A stretch of DNA of 58,825 nt from Pirellulales bacterium (GTDB lineage Bacteria > Planctomycetota > Planctomycetia > Pirellulales > UBA1268). Positions within the stretch are counted from its first letter, which is position 1; each line of letters opens with the position of its first letter. A program made the translations under genes and the position numbers. The notes beneath the pieces were generated by a model. It saw only the letters and a program-made list of their open reading frames with translations. It was not told where the DNA came from and searched no databases. Of this stretch, positions 39,991 through 50,281 are shown piece after piece. The DNA lies in NCBI GenBank assembly GCA_041746715.1, contig JBGTGN010000151.1:1-58825 (forward strand), written 5' to 3'.

Positions 39991-42900
39991 ATGAGGCGGC
40001 TTGCGAACCGGTCACTTCTCACGGCAATCGCGGTGGTGCTTGCATGCACGGCCACATCGGTGCTGGCCCAGAAGCAGAAAAAATCAAAGGCGGCGAGTGA
40101 TGCGCAACTCGCGACGGCTCGCGAGTTGCTGGCGCTGCCTCCGAGGCCGGCCCGTCCTCCTCTCCCGCCGAGTACGCTGCCCCTCGAGTTTATCGATGGT
40201 GAGCGCATCGCCTTCATCGGCAACTCCACGGCCGAGCGGATGAACCTTTTTGGTCACTTTGAAACACTGCTCCACGAGCGATTCCCGACAAAAAAGCTCG
40301 TCGTCCGCAACTTCGCCTGGCCGGCCGACGAGGTGGCCAACCGCCAGAGGCCTTGGTCATACACCAATCTCGACGACCCACTCGCTGCCTTCGGAGCCGA
40401 CACCTGCTTTCTATTCTTCGGGTTCAACGAATCATTCGCAGGCCCGGAGGGGATCGAGAAGTTTACGAACGACTACCTGAAGTTTCTCGACGATTTCGCG
40501 GCACGGTATCCCCGTGACGACACGAAGGCACCACCGCGTGTGGTGATCGTGTCGCCGATCGCCGTCGAAGACATGGGGGCTACGCTCCTGCCCGACGCCG
40601 CGGAACGCAACGCCATCCTCGCGACGTACCGTGATGCCGCCCGTGACGTGGCGGTATCACGCGGCATCGCGTTTGTCGATCTCTTTGATCCGACGCTCGA
40701 TGCCTTCACTGCGGCCGACAAGGCCACGCTCTTCACCATCAACGGCTGTCATCTCAACGAGGACGGCGACCGCCTCATGGCCACCGCGCTTGACGCAGCG
40801 CTCTTCGGCCCCCCTCCGGCCGAGAGGCTCTCCCCCGAGGCCTTTGAACGACTCCGCGCCGCCATCAACGACAAGTCGTGGGTTCATCTCCAAGATTACC
40901 GGATGGTCAATGGCTGGTATGTCTACGGCAGCCGTCGCACGTGGGACACCGAGACGTTCCCGCGTGAGTTCGTGAAGCTTCGCAACATGACGGCGGTGCG
41001 TGATGCGTATGTCCACGACATCGCCGCCGATCGACCGGTGTCGGCGGCGCCGGATGATTCGGGCACCGGCGAGCTTATCGAGCCGCAAACCCGCTTCGGC
41101 GACCCACGGCAGGACTACAGCGAGAATCCTGAGGGTGGCCCCACCATCCTCCCGCCCGACGAGTTCATCAAAACCTGCACGGTGCCGCCGGGCTTCGAGG
41201 TGCAGCTTTTTGCTGACGAATCGAAATTCCCCGAGATCGCCAACCCTGTGCAGCTTGCCTTTGACTCGAAGGGCCGGCTCTGGGTCGCCACGATGCCGAG
41301 CTATCCGCAGTGGCGGCCGGGCGATCCAAAGCCAGCCGACAAGCTCGTGATCCTTGAAGACACCGACCATGACGGCAAGGCCGACACGAGCACGGTCTTC
41401 TACGACAGGCTCCACTGTCCCACGGGCTTTCAGTTTTATAACGGCGGCGTGCTCGTGATGGACCAGCCGCGGATGGTCTGGCTGGCGGATCGCGACGGTG
41501 ACGACAAGGCCGACGAGGTCGTTCACCTCCTCGACGGTTTCGCGACTGAAGACACGCATCATTCCGCAGGTGCCTTCGAGATGAGCCCGGGAGGCAGCCT
41601 CCGTATGCTCGAGGGCGTGGCGACGGGCACGGCGATCGAAACCCCGTGGGGCCCGTTTCGCAAACACGGCCCGTCGGGCTCGTATGTCTTCGATCCGCGT
41701 TCCCTCGAGATCAGCTTCTTCGCAACACCCGGCCACGGCAACCCATGGTGCTACGTCTTCAACGAGTGGGGACAGGGCATCGTGGGCGACGGCACCGGTG
41801 CCACGCAGCACTGGGACACTCCGCTCGCCGGCGCTCAGTATCGCGGCCGTAAGGGACTCAATCCGGTCTTTGACACCGAGCGGATGCGGCCGGTTGTCGG
41901 CAGCGAATTCCTCCGGACGAAGCAGTTCCCTGACGATGTGCAGGACCAGTTTCTCTATGCGTGCGTGATCAACACCAACGGAATGCCCCGCTGGACGATT
42001 TCGGATGACGGGGCGGGCTACAAGGGGGTGCGGGTGCGACATGATTCGAAGAATCCCGAGACTGCCTTCGATCTGCTCAAGAGCACCGACAAGCATTTCC
42101 GGCCGGTCGATCCGCAGATTGGCCCCGACGGTGCCCTCTGGTTTGGCGACTGGGCCAATCCCCTGATCGGCCACATGCAGTACAGCCAGCGAGACCCCAA
42201 CCGCGACAAGAAGCATGGGCGAATCTACCGGCTTGTCTACCCGGGCAAGCCGCTGCTTGAGCCCGAGACGCAGGCCGGCAAGAGCGTGGCCGACGTGCTC
42301 GCACAGCTCGAGAGCCACCAGTGGCGAACTCGGTATCGGGTTCGGGCTGATCTCCAGGCTCGCGACGCTCAAGCGGTGTTGCCCGTCGCGGCTGAATGGC
42401 TGGCTACGGTGCTCGCCAGTGACCGTCCGCAGGAGGTCAAGGACCGCCTTGCCACGGAAGTGCTCTGGCTCCAGCAGAGTTTTCATGCCATCGACATGCC
42501 ACTCCTGCGGCAGCTTCTCGCGGCGGCCACGCCCGAGGCCCGTGCGGCGGCCACCCGCGTGGTCGTTGACTCACGACAAGCCCTCGCTGAGGCCGAAGCG
42601 ATCCTCATCGCCCAGGCCCCCGATCCGCATCCACGGGTCCGCACCGAAGCGGTGCGGGGTCTGAGTTTCTTCCCGACCGAGGCCGCTATGAAGGCGGTTC
42701 TGGCGGCGGCCAATGTCACCGCTGGCGACAGCTATGTGGTCTACACGGCTGACGCGGCGCTCGGGGCAAACATCGATGTCTGGCGGCCCCTCCACACCAA
42801 AGGTGAGTTTGTGGCTCCGGGCACGCCGGCAGCCGAGCTCGTCACAAATGTGCTCGGGCTCGACAAGAAGGCGGCCGAAATGAAGCCCTACCTTGCGATT

Positions 42901-43377
42901 CTCTTGGCCGAGCAGCCTCACAGTACCGAGGAGCGAAACAAGGCGATGCAGGCCATCGCCTTCATGCAGGGGGGCGATCCCAAAAACGGCCGGCTCGTCT
43001 TCGAGCGGGTTTGCATCAACTGCCACAAGATCGGCGAGAAGGGGGCCGAGCTCGGGCCTGAGCTCACACATGTTCGGAAGAAGCTCGCGCCGGTCAAGCT
43101 CTTGGAATCGATTCTCGACCCCAACGCCGAGGTAGACCCCAAGTATCTCTCCACCCTCGTCGTCACCGACGATGGCAAGAGCATGACAGGGCTGCTCGTG
43201 AGCGAGAATGAAAAGGAGCTTGTGCTGTACGACGGCAAGGAGAAGAAGACGATCCCGCTCGACACGATTGACGAGCGAGTGAAGCTCAAACAGAGCAGCA
43301 TGCCCGACGGGCTCGCCGCCACGCTCTCGCCCCCCGAGCTCCTCGACGTGATCGAGTATTTGAAGGGGCTGAAGTAG
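39991..43377 (+). CDS. PVC-type haem-binding membrane-bound dehydrogenase-like protein (SGNH, beta-propeller, HEAT, cytochrome c)
   Basis: Signal peptide; IAFIGNS, GFNES, NGCHLN (SGNH-like); FDSKGRLWV, ILEDTDHDGKAD, FRPVDPQIGPDGALW; HEAT repeats; CINCH, GPELT, SSMPDGL. Confidence 0.9.
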   Translation: MRRLANRSLLTAIAVVLACTATSVLAQKQKKSKAASDAQLATARELLALPPRPARPPLPPSTLPLEFIDGERIAFIGNSTAERMNLFGHFETLLHERFPTKKLVVRNFAWPADEVANRQRPWSYTNLDDPLAAFGADTCFLFFGFNESFAGPEGIEKFTNDYLKFLDDFAARYPRDDTKAPPRVVIVSPIAVEDMGATLLPDAAERNAILATYRDAARDVAVSRGIAFVDLFDPTLDAFTAADKATLFTINGCHLNEDGDRLMATALDAALFGPPPAERLSPEAFERLRAAINDKSWVHLQDYRMVNGWYVYGSRRTWDTETFPREFVKLRNMTAVRDAYVHDIAADRPVSAAPDDSGTGELIEPQTRFGDPRQDYSENPEGGPTILPPDEFIKTCTVPPGFEVQLFADESKFPEIANPVQLAFDSKGRLWVATMPSYPQWRPGDPKPADKLVILEDTDHDGKADTSTVFYDRLHCPTGFQFYNGGVLVMDQPRMVWLADRDGDDKADEVVHLLDGFATEDTHHSAGAFEMSPGGSLRMLEGVATGTAIETPWGPFRKHGPSGSYVFDPRSLEISFFATPGHGNPWCYVFNEWGQGIVGDGTGATQHWDTPLAGAQYRGRKGLNPVFDTERMRPVVGSEFLRTKQFPDDVQDQFLYACVINTNGMPRWTISDDGAGYKGVRVRHDSKNPETAFDLLKSTDKHFRPVDPQIGPDGALWFGDWANPLIGHMQYSQRDPNRDKKHGRIYRLVYPGKPLLEPETQAGKSVADVLAQLESHQWRTRYRVRADLQARDAQAVLPVAAEWLATVLASDRPQEVKDRLATEVLWLQQSFHAIDMPLLRQLLAAATPEARAAATRVVVDSRQALAEAEAILIAQAPDPHPRVRTEAVRGLSFFPTEAAMKAVLAAANVTAGDSYVVYTADAALGANIDVWRPLHTKGEFVAPGTPAAELVTNVLGLDKKAAEMKPYLAILLAEQPHSTEERNKAMQAIAFMQGGDPKNGRLVFERVCINCHKIGEKGAELGPELTHVRKKLAPVKLLESILDPNAEVDPKYLSTLVVTDDGKSMTGLLVSENEKELVLYDGKEKKTIPLDTIDERVKLKQSSMPDGLAATLSPPELLDVIEYLKGLK

Positions 43378-43421
43378 GCGAGACAGACCGGTCTTCTCGC
43401 TTCCACCCCGAAAAGCAGGGA

Positions 43422-43563
43422 GGCTCAGGGGGGCTGTGCCGGAGACGACGGCGTTGGAAACGTTGCGAAGCCATGGATGGCGGAGCGACGTTTCCATCGG
43501 GTGCCGCGGAGGCCTGGAGGGCCGTAGCAAGCGTCCGGCGACCCGGCACAGCCCCCCTGAGCC
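43422..43563. repeat. 142-bp intergenic element with perfect 21-bp terminal inverted repeats (MITE/REP-like)
   Basis: GGCTCAGGGGGGCTGTGCCGG (43422-43442) pairs perfectly with CCGGCACAGCCCCCCTGAGCC (43543-43563). Nested internal inverted repeats. Lies between convergent genes. Confidence 0.8.
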
Positions 43564-43585
43564 GGTGCCTCATAAAAAGCGGTGG

Positions 43586-44968
43586 TCACTCATTCGCTAC
43601 GAGCTCGAGGAGCACATCGCGAACCTCGTGCATCGCGAGTGACGTGCGGGCGAGTGATCCGTCGCTACAGAGAAAGACCGGGCCATCGTCGGGGTGTGCT
43701 GGCAGTCGGCCGTGCGAGCCGCGAACGATCGAGGCATCGGTGCTGATGAACCGCATGAGCGTGCGAAAGCCGAGCGACTTCTTGGCAAGGGCCCAGGCGA
43801 TCTTCAGTTTCGGAAGCGCGATGGCAGGGTCGAGAAAAAGCTCCACGGGGTCGTAGCCGGGCTTCTTGTGGATATCGACGGTGCGTGCGAAGTCGGGCAT
43901 CTTGGCGTCATCGAGCCAGTAGTAGTAGGTGAACCAGCGATCGGCTGCGGCAACCGCCACGAGATCACCGGCTCGCGAATGATCGAGGCCTACGTCGGCC
44001 ATCGCCTCGCGTCCAAGCACGTCGGCAACGCCGTCGGTCGCCATGAGGACAGCACGCACCTCGTCGAGCCGCGCGTGATCCCGCACATACACGTGAGCCA
44101 CCTGATGGTCAGCGACCGCAAACGCCTCGCTTGAGCCGGCATCGAGGAGCTCCCAGCCGAGATCGACCTCCTGCACCGCGAGAAGCCCAGCCTTCCGCAG
44201 CGCCCGGTTGAGATGCACACCATCGCGAACCGGCGTGATGCCGTATTCCGAGAGCACAACGACCGTGTGCCCCATGCCTGCCGCGTGTTCGCCAAGCGCA
44301 CCGGCAACGCGATCAATCGCCTCGCATGCCGCTACGGCTTCTGGCGAGTCGGGGCCGAACCGCTGGAGGTCGTAATCGAGGTGGGGCAGGTAGCAGAGCG
44401 TGACCGTCGGTCGCGCGGTCTCCATCACGCGGGTAGTGGCCGCCGCAATCCATTCCGATGAGCGAATCCCTGCCTTCGGTCCCCAGAAGTCAAACAGCGG
44501 AAATCGGCCGAGCGATCCCTGAAGTTCACGCTTCAGGTCGGCGGGCTGAGTATAGATGCTCGGAATTTTCCGGCCGTCGGCTGGGTAGACAGGCCTGGGC
44601 GTCACCGCGGCATCCACCGCCGCATACATGTTGAACCACCAGAACATTTTTGCCGTGGTAAAGCTGTCGCCGAATCGCCGCCTTCCCACGTTCCAGAGTT
44701 TCTCATCCTCGCAGCCCACGAGGCGATTGCTCTGGCGCCAAAACATCACCTCGGACAGATCGCGGTCATACCAGCCGTTGGCGACGATGCCGTGATCGCG
44801 TGGCGGTCTTCCGGTGAGCATCGTCGCCTGAGCTGGGCAGGTGACCGCCGGGAGCACCGTGCCGAGTGGCGCCGTGAAGCCCTCGCGGCCAAGCGCCGCA
44901 AGCCTCGGCGTGTACCTCAACAGGCCGGGGGTAAGCCCGACGACATTCATGAGAAGTAATGGTTTCAT
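43586..44968 (-). CDS. Alkaline phosphatase superfamily nucleotide pyrophosphatase/phosphodiesterase (EboF-like)
   Basis: MKPLLLMNVVGLT, LPAVTCPAQ (catalytic Thr), HGIVANGWY, YLPHLDYDLQRFGP, LSEYG, DHQVAH, VDIHKKPGYDPVELF, GSHGR. Confidence 0.9.
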   Translation of the reverse strand: MKPLLLMNVVGLTPGLLRYTPRLAALGREGFTAPLGTVLPAVTCPAQATMLTGRPPRDHGIVANGWYDRDLSEVMFWRQSNRLVGCEDEKLWNVGRRRFGDSFTTAKMFWWFNMYAAVDAAVTPRPVYPADGRKIPSIYTQPADLKRELQGSLGRFPLFDFWGPKAGIRSSEWIAAATTRVMETARPTVTLCYLPHLDYDLQRFGPDSPEAVAACEAIDRVAGALGEHAAGMGHTVVVLSEYGITPVRDGVHLNRALRKAGLLAVQEVDLGWELLDAGSSEAFAVADHQVAHVYVRDHARLDEVRAVLMATDGVADVLGREAMADVGLDHSRAGDLVAVAAADRWFTYYYWLDDAKMPDFARTVDIHKKPGYDPVELFLDPAIALPKLKIAWALAKKSLGFRTLMRFISTDASIVRGSHGRLPAHPDDGPVFLCSDGSLARTSLAMHEVRDVLLELVANE

Positions 44969-45007
44969 CGAGTTGAGTGTACGACCGCCAGGCCCATTGG
45001 CGGTATC

Positions 45008-46369
45008 ATGAGGGGCATGATTCGCTCGTTGAGGATGTTTGGTTTCGTTGCCGGCAGTGTGGCATCGCTTGCTTTCGCGAAGCCGGTCGGAGACAAGACG
45101 CCGGTTGTGGCCGATGCGGCCAGACCTGCCGCGGCCACACCCGATGTGGCCACACCTGCTGCGGTCACCACGGCAGACCCGACGGTTCCGACAGACGACC
45201 TGTCGCTGCTCGTTCGGCCGCTCACCCGCGACGAGCTTGCCAACGAGGCGACCGCCTGGCGGGATCTGCTGCGGGACAAAGTGGCGGAGCTGTCGCGACT
45301 CCAGCTCGATTTCAAGAAGCCCGAAGAAACCGACGCAACCAAAGAGCTGACCACAACGGCATCCGATATCAGCCGCCTGCAAGAAGAGCGGACACGCATT
45401 TCCGATCGGCTGCGGGTTGTGCTCGACGAATGGGAGCGAAAAGGTGGCGACCCGGCCGAGTACCGGCTCTATGCCACGGCGGTTGGTGGCATTCAGGTCG
45501 ATGTCAAAGACGCAGCCACCAGCGTGCGGATTATCCGTGACTGGCTCGTGTCGGATCGCGGGGGAATTCGCTGGGCATGGAACATCGGGCAGTTCGTGGC
45601 ACTCCTTGCGGCGTTCTGGGGTCTCTCGTTGATCCTCGCGACCATTGCCGGCCGGGCGGCCACGTCGATGCGAGGCAGCTCGTCGCTCCTGAAGACGTTT
45701 CTCACCACGTTTGTGCGGCAGGCCACACTCGTGATCGGCGCCATCGTGTCGCTCGCGGCGCTCGAAGTGAATATCAGTCCGCTTCTGGCCCTCATCGGCG
45801 GTGCGGCCTTCGTCGTGGGTTTCGCCCTCCAGGGCACGCTTTCCAACTTCGCCCAGGGGCTCATCATCCTTGCCTATCGCCCCTTTGATGTCGGCGACTA
45901 TATCGAGGCCGGTGGCGTGGGGGGCATTGTGGAGTCGATGAACATGCTCGCCACAACGATCCGCACCCCCGACAACAAACAAGTCATTGTGCCCAACGGC
46001 AAGGTCGGGGCCGACACGATCACCAACGCCACCGCGTCGCCCATTCGCCGGGTCGATCTCACGTTTGGCGTCGGCTACTCCGACGATATCAGCAAGGTTC
46101 AGGCCGTCCTCGAGAAGCTCGTCGCCGTTCATCCGCTTGTCTTGAAAGACCCACTCCCCGTGATCGAGGTCAACGCCCTGGCCGACTCATCGGTGAACTT
46201 TGTCGTGCGGCCCTGGAGCAAGACCGCCGACTACTGGACGGTCTACTGGGATCTCACGCGGGGCGTGAAACTCGCGTTTGACCGCGAAGGCATCTCGATC
46301 CCGTTTCCGCAGCGGGATGTTCACTTCTACACCATGGGAAGCGGCGACTCCGCTCCCCCATCGTCCTGA
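45008..46369 (+). CDS. Small-conductance mechanosensitive channel (MscS family) with extended N-terminus
   Basis: GFALQGTLSNFAQG, RPFDVGDYIE, TPDNKQVIVPNG, RRVDLTFGVGY, GISIPFPQRDVH. Confidence 0.93.
   Translation: MRGMIRSLRMFGFVAGSVASLAFAKPVGDKTPVVADAARPAAATPDVATPAAVTTADPTVPTDDLSLLVRPLTRDELANEATAWRDLLRDKVAELSRLQLDFKKPEETDATKELTTTASDISRLQEERTRISDRLRVVLDEWERKGGDPAEYRLYATAVGGIQVDVKDAATSVRIIRDWLVSDRGGIRWAWNIGQFVALLAAFWGLSLILATIAGRAATSMRGSSSLLKTFLTTFVRQATLVIGAIVSLAALEVNISPLLALIGGAAFVVGFALQGTLSNFAQGLIILAYRPFDVGDYIEAGGVGGIVESMNMLATTIRTPDNKQVIVPNGKVGADTITNATASPIRRVDLTFGVGYSDDISKVQAVLEKLVAVHPLVLKDPLPVIEVNALADSSVNFVVRPWSKTADYWTVYWDLTRGVKLAFDREGISIPFPQRDVHFYTMGSGDSAPPSS
45111..45170 (+). repeat. Imperfect 30-bp tandem duplication in the MscS N-terminal linker
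   Basis: CCGATGCGGCCAGACCTGCCGCGGCCACAC then CCGATGTGGCCACACCTGCTGCGGTCACCA, 24/30 identical. Confidence 0.6.
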
Positions 46370-46474
46370 CGCTGGCCCACGCCCAGGCCGAGCGGTACAC
46401 TTAAAATTCCTTCCTTGTGCGGCCCCTTTTCATCCCTGGGCCACGGTTCCGTCGCTCCCACCGTGCGGCTTTTG

Positions 46475-48886
46475 ATGATGCGGCATCTTCACCCCATCAT
46501 GCTTCTCGTGCTCGCCATGGTGATCGTCACCGCCGAAGGACCGGTGCATGCCGCGGGCATCGAGCCACCGCGGACGGTCGCTCTGTTTCTCGAGCGGCAC
46601 TGTGCCGACTGCCACCAGGGGAAGGATGCCGAGGCCGGGTTTGACATCGGCACGCTCGTGCTCGAGGCGGGCTCTTCTGCCGGCGACCATGCCTGGACGA
46701 CACTCATCGACCGGGTCGCGGATGGCGAGATGCCACCCCCCGATGCCGAGCAGCCGAAGGCCGCCGAACATTCGCGGTTCCTGGCCAGCGCAGGCGACTG
46801 GCTCTCCGACTCGATTCGCACGCGGGACGCGGCGATCGGGAGAGTCCGCGGGCGAAGGCTCACGCCACGCGAGGTGGAGCGGTCGCTCCATGCTGTCCTC
46901 GGGATTGATATCCCCCTTGCCGACAGGCTCCCGCTCGAGCCCAGGCCAGGCGGCTACACCACGGTGGCGACGAGGCAGTCGTTTTCGCATCATCAGCTTG
47001 GGCGGCACCTTACGGTCGTCGATCGTGCGCTCGACGAGGCGTTTGGACGGGCTGCTTTGTCACCCGAGTCACTCATCCGTGACCTCGATCCCACAGCGAT
47101 CGTGCGCACGGACCCCACGAAGCGCTGCCGAGAGCCCGAGCTGCGAAAGGGCAAGGCTGTTGTCTGGTCGGGTGGGCCGATCTACTACGGACGCATCCCG
47201 GCCACCACGGCACCATCGGACGGCTGGTATCGCTTTCGCGTCACGGCCTTGGGTCTCAAGCTCCCGTCAACGGGTGGCGTGTGGTGTACGGTTCACTCGG
47301 GGCGATGCGTTTCGAGCGCGCCATTGCTTCAGTATGTGACGGCCTTCGAGGCAACCGAGCAAACCAAAGATATCCGCTTCACATGCTGGCTTTCCAAGAA
47401 CGACATGCTTGAGATTCGGCCAGGTGATGTCACGTTGCCTCGCGGACGTTTTGCCGATGGCCAAGTTGGAGCGGGCGAGGGCGACAAGCAGGACCTCCCG
47501 GGCCTCGCGATCGACCGAATCACAATGGAGCGATGTCATGTCGGGGCCGACGATGAGACGCTTCGCCGGCTGCTCTTCGGTGATGTGCCTCTCGACTCGG
47601 TCGAAAACAAGAAAACCGGCACGCGAAGACTGCGGCCGCGGCCAGCGGATGCCAAAGCCGACGTGGGCCGCCTCGTGAAGGGCTTCGCCCAGAGGGCTTT
47701 TCGGCGACCGGTTTCAAAGGATGTCGTCGCGTCGTACGTGTCGCTCGCGCACGCCCAGCTCAAGGAAAAGGTTGCGTTTGTCGATGCCCTTCGGGCTGCG
47801 TATCGGGCCATTCTCTGTAGCCCTCGGTTCTTATTTTTCACGGAAGAGCCCGGGCCGCTCGACGACCATGCCCTCGCCTCGCGGCTGTCGTATTTCTTGA
47901 CGGGTGGGCCGCCAGACGGCATCCTCATGGCCCGCGCTGATGACGGAACGCTCCGCGACCCGGCGGTGATTCGCCGCGAGGCCGACCGGCTCCTCGAAAG
48001 CGATGGCCTTCACCGTTTCGTGAGGGACTTTGCCGCCGAGTGGCTCGACCTCGACCAGATCGATTTCACCGAACCCGACACCAGGCTCTATCCCGGCTTT
48101 GATCCGATCGTGCAGGCAGGGATGCTCGCGGAGACCCACGAGACGCTTGTCGATGCGTTTGCCAAGAACCGAAGCGTGCAGTGGCTTCTCGACGCTGACA
48201 CCACCTGGCTCGACAGCCGTCTTGCCAGATACTACGAGGTGCCTGGTGTTGCGGGTGATGACCGCCGCTGGGTGCCTCTGTCGTCGAGCAGCCATCGTGG
48301 CGGAATATTGGCCCACGGGGCGATCCTCAAGGTGACGGCAAACGGCAATACCACGTCGCCGGTGGTTCGCGGTGTGTGGATCGGTGAGCGGATTCTCGGC
48401 GACGAGATTCGACCACCGCCGGGAGGTGTGCCGGCCATTGAGCCCGATATCCGTGGCACGACGACCATTCGCGAGCAGCTCGAGCGGCATCGCGCCGATG
48501 CTTCGTGTGCCTCATGCCATCGCACGATCGATCCACCCGGCTTCGCGCTCGAAAACTTTGATCCGTCGGGACGCTGGCGCGACCGCTACCTCGCGATGGC
48601 CGACGGCAAGCGGAAGGCAGGGATACCAATAGATCCTTCTGCTACGCTTCCCGACGGCCATTCGTTCAAGACTTTCGAGACGTTTCGCTCGCTCGTCGCT
48701 CACCAGCCCGATCGACTTGCCCGAAACCTCGCGGGTCACCTGCTGGTCTATGGCACGGGAGCCACACTGTCATACGCCGACCGCAAGGCGGTCGCAGCGA
48801 TCGCTGCTCGCGGGGCGAGAAACGACCACGGCGTTCGATCGATCCTCCATGAGGTGGTAACAAGCCCTCTCTTCACTTCAAAATAG
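46475..48886 (+). CDS. DUF1592-family protein (cytochrome c with DUF1587/1595/1592/1588/1585)
   Basis: Signal peptide; CADCH; GEMPP; AFRRPV; LASRLSYFL; RGGIL; TSPVVRGVW; CASCH..IDPPGFALENFD..GRWR. Confidence 0.92.
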   Translation: MMRHLHPIMLLVLAMVIVTAEGPVHAAGIEPPRTVALFLERHCADCHQGKDAEAGFDIGTLVLEAGSSAGDHAWTTLIDRVADGEMPPPDAEQPKAAEHSRFLASAGDWLSDSIRTRDAAIGRVRGRRLTPREVERSLHAVLGIDIPLADRLPLEPRPGGYTTVATRQSFSHHQLGRHLTVVDRALDEAFGRAALSPESLIRDLDPTAIVRTDPTKRCREPELRKGKAVVWSGGPIYYGRIPATTAPSDGWYRFRVTALGLKLPSTGGVWCTVHSGRCVSSAPLLQYVTAFEATEQTKDIRFTCWLSKNDMLEIRPGDVTLPRGRFADGQVGAGEGDKQDLPGLAIDRITMERCHVGADDETLRRLLFGDVPLDSVENKKTGTRRLRPRPADAKADVGRLVKGFAQRAFRRPVSKDVVASYVSLAHAQLKEKVAFVDALRAAYRAILCSPRFLFFTEEPGPLDDHALASRLSYFLTGGPPDGILMARADDGTLRDPAVIRREADRLLESDGLHRFVRDFAAEWLDLDQIDFTEPDTRLYPGFDPIVQAGMLAETHETLVDAFAKNRSVQWLLDADTTWLDSRLARYYEVPGVAGDDRRWVPLSSSSHRGGILAHGAILKVTANGNTTSPVVRGVWIGERILGDEIRPPPGGVPAIEPDIRGTTTIREQLERHRADASCASCHRTIDPPGFALENFDPSGRWRDRYLAMADGKRKAGIPIDPSATLPDGHSFKTFETFRSLVAHQPDRLARNLAGHLLVYGTGATLSYADRKAVAAIAARGARNDHGVRSILHEVVTSPLFTSK

Positions 48887-48928
48887 CGTTTGACCACATA
48901 CTCAAGGCAATCTCGCAAGGCAGCCACC

Positions 48929-50224
48929 ATGACCAGGCCCACTCGCTTTCATGTCGATACCCGACGCATGCTTTCCCGCCGCACGGTGCTGCGAGGTGCA
49001 GGCGTCGCGATGGGCATGCCCTGGCTGTCGGCGATGGCGCCGGCCTTCGGTGGCGTGAAGCGAGCGGTTCCGCGGCGGTTCGTGGCGATCACGTTAAGTC
49101 TTGGGCTTGTGCCCGAGCACCTGTTCCCGACGGAAGCGGGCCGAGCGTGGAAACCGTCGCCGTACCTCGCAGCCCTCGCGGATCTTCGCGACCAACTCAC
49201 GCTCGTGTCGGGAACGTCGCATCCCGGCGTGTCGGGTGGGCATCGTGCGGAGGCGAGCCTGCTGACGGCCGCCCCGATGTCGAACGCGGCACAGTCCAGG
49301 AATACCGAGTCGATCGATCAGCATCTCGCCCGGCATCTTGGAGGGGAAACGCGGTTTCCATCGCTCGTGCTCGGCATCACCGGAAGCAATAGCCCCTCCT
49401 ACACCGAGAACGGCTCGATGATTCCCGCGGAGACCTCGCCAGCGAGTCTCTTCACGAGGCTCTTTGTGGCCGACAGTCCAGCCGCCCGGGAGCGGCAGGT
49501 GGCTCGCGCTCGCGAGGGGCGAAGCATCATGGACCTTGTGGCCGATGACACGCGTCGGCTCGAACGATCTCTCGGGGCTGGTGACCGAGGTCGGCTCGAT
49601 GCCTACTTCACGAGCGTGCGTGACCTCGAGCGGCGGCTCGTCGATGCTGAGGCGTGGGCCGACCGTCCCAAGCCGGTCGTACCGATCGCGAAGCCGGTCG
49701 ATATCGGGGACCCCAATGACGTCATCGCCCGCCAGCGGCTCATGAGCGACATGGCACGGCTCGCGCTCGAAACCGATTCGACGCGATTCGTGACGATGCA
49801 CATGGGGGGTGGGGGGGGCGTGGTGCCGGTGCCGGGTGTCGATGAGGGCTACCACTCGCTCTCGCATCACGGCCGCGATGACGACAAGCTCTCGCAACTG
49901 GCGCGTGTCGAATCGGAGATCATGAAGGCCTTTGGAGATTTTCTCCGTGGCCTGGCGGCCCGCAACGAGGACCACGAGACGGTCCTCGATCGCACGACGG
50001 TGCTCCTCACGAGCAACCTTGGCAACGCATCGAGCCACGACAACCGCAATCTTCCCGTCGTCGTCGCCGGCGGCGGCTTCCGCCACGGCTCGCATCTCGC
50101 CTTCGATCGGAAGAATAACCACCCGCTGCCGAATCTCTTTGTTTCCATTCTTCAGCAGACCGGCCTGGAGACCGACCGCTTCGCCACGTCCACCGGCACG
50201 CTTCCCGGGCTGGATCCTGTGTGA
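48929..50224 (+). CDS. DUF1552 (HXXSHH) family Tat-exported protein
   Basis: [10 protein letters not shown] Tat motif; SIDQ; TRFPSL; YHSLSHH; SSHDNRNLP. Usual partner of DUF1592. Confidence 0.92.
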   Translation: MTRPTRFHVDTRRMLSRRTVLRGAGVAMGMPWLSAMAPAFGGVKRAVPRRFVAITLSLGLVPEHLFPTEAGRAWKPSPYLAALADLRDQLTLVSGTSHPGVSGGHRAEASLLTAAPMSNAAQSRNTESIDQHLARHLGGETRFPSLVLGITGSNSPSYTENGSMIPAETSPASLFTRLFVADSPAARERQVARAREGRSIMDLVADDTRRLERSLGAGDRGRLDAYFTSVRDLERRLVDAEAWADRPKPVVPIAKPVDIGDPNDVIARQRLMSDMARLALETDSTRFVTMHMGGGGGVVPVPGVDEGYHSLSHHGRDDDKLSQLARVESEIMKAFGDFLRGLAARNEDHETVLDRTTVLLTSNLGNASSHDNRNLPVVVAGGGFRHGSHLAFDRKNNHPLPNLFVSILQQTGLETDRFATSTGTLPGLDPV

Positions 50225-50281
50225 GGATATGACACCGCCCGGGGTTGCCCAGGCTACCCCACATGTGAATCAGCCTCCGTG

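Noticed and set aside
44969-46132. Apparent 848-aa fusion upstream of the EboF-like domain
   Set aside because: The extension is antisense to mscS; family similarity begins at MKPLLLMNVVG (44968).
49804-49818. G6-T-G8 run in the DUF1552 gene as a possible phase-variation tract
   Set aside because: Interrupted, in frame, and simply encodes a Gly stretch; no sign of slippage.
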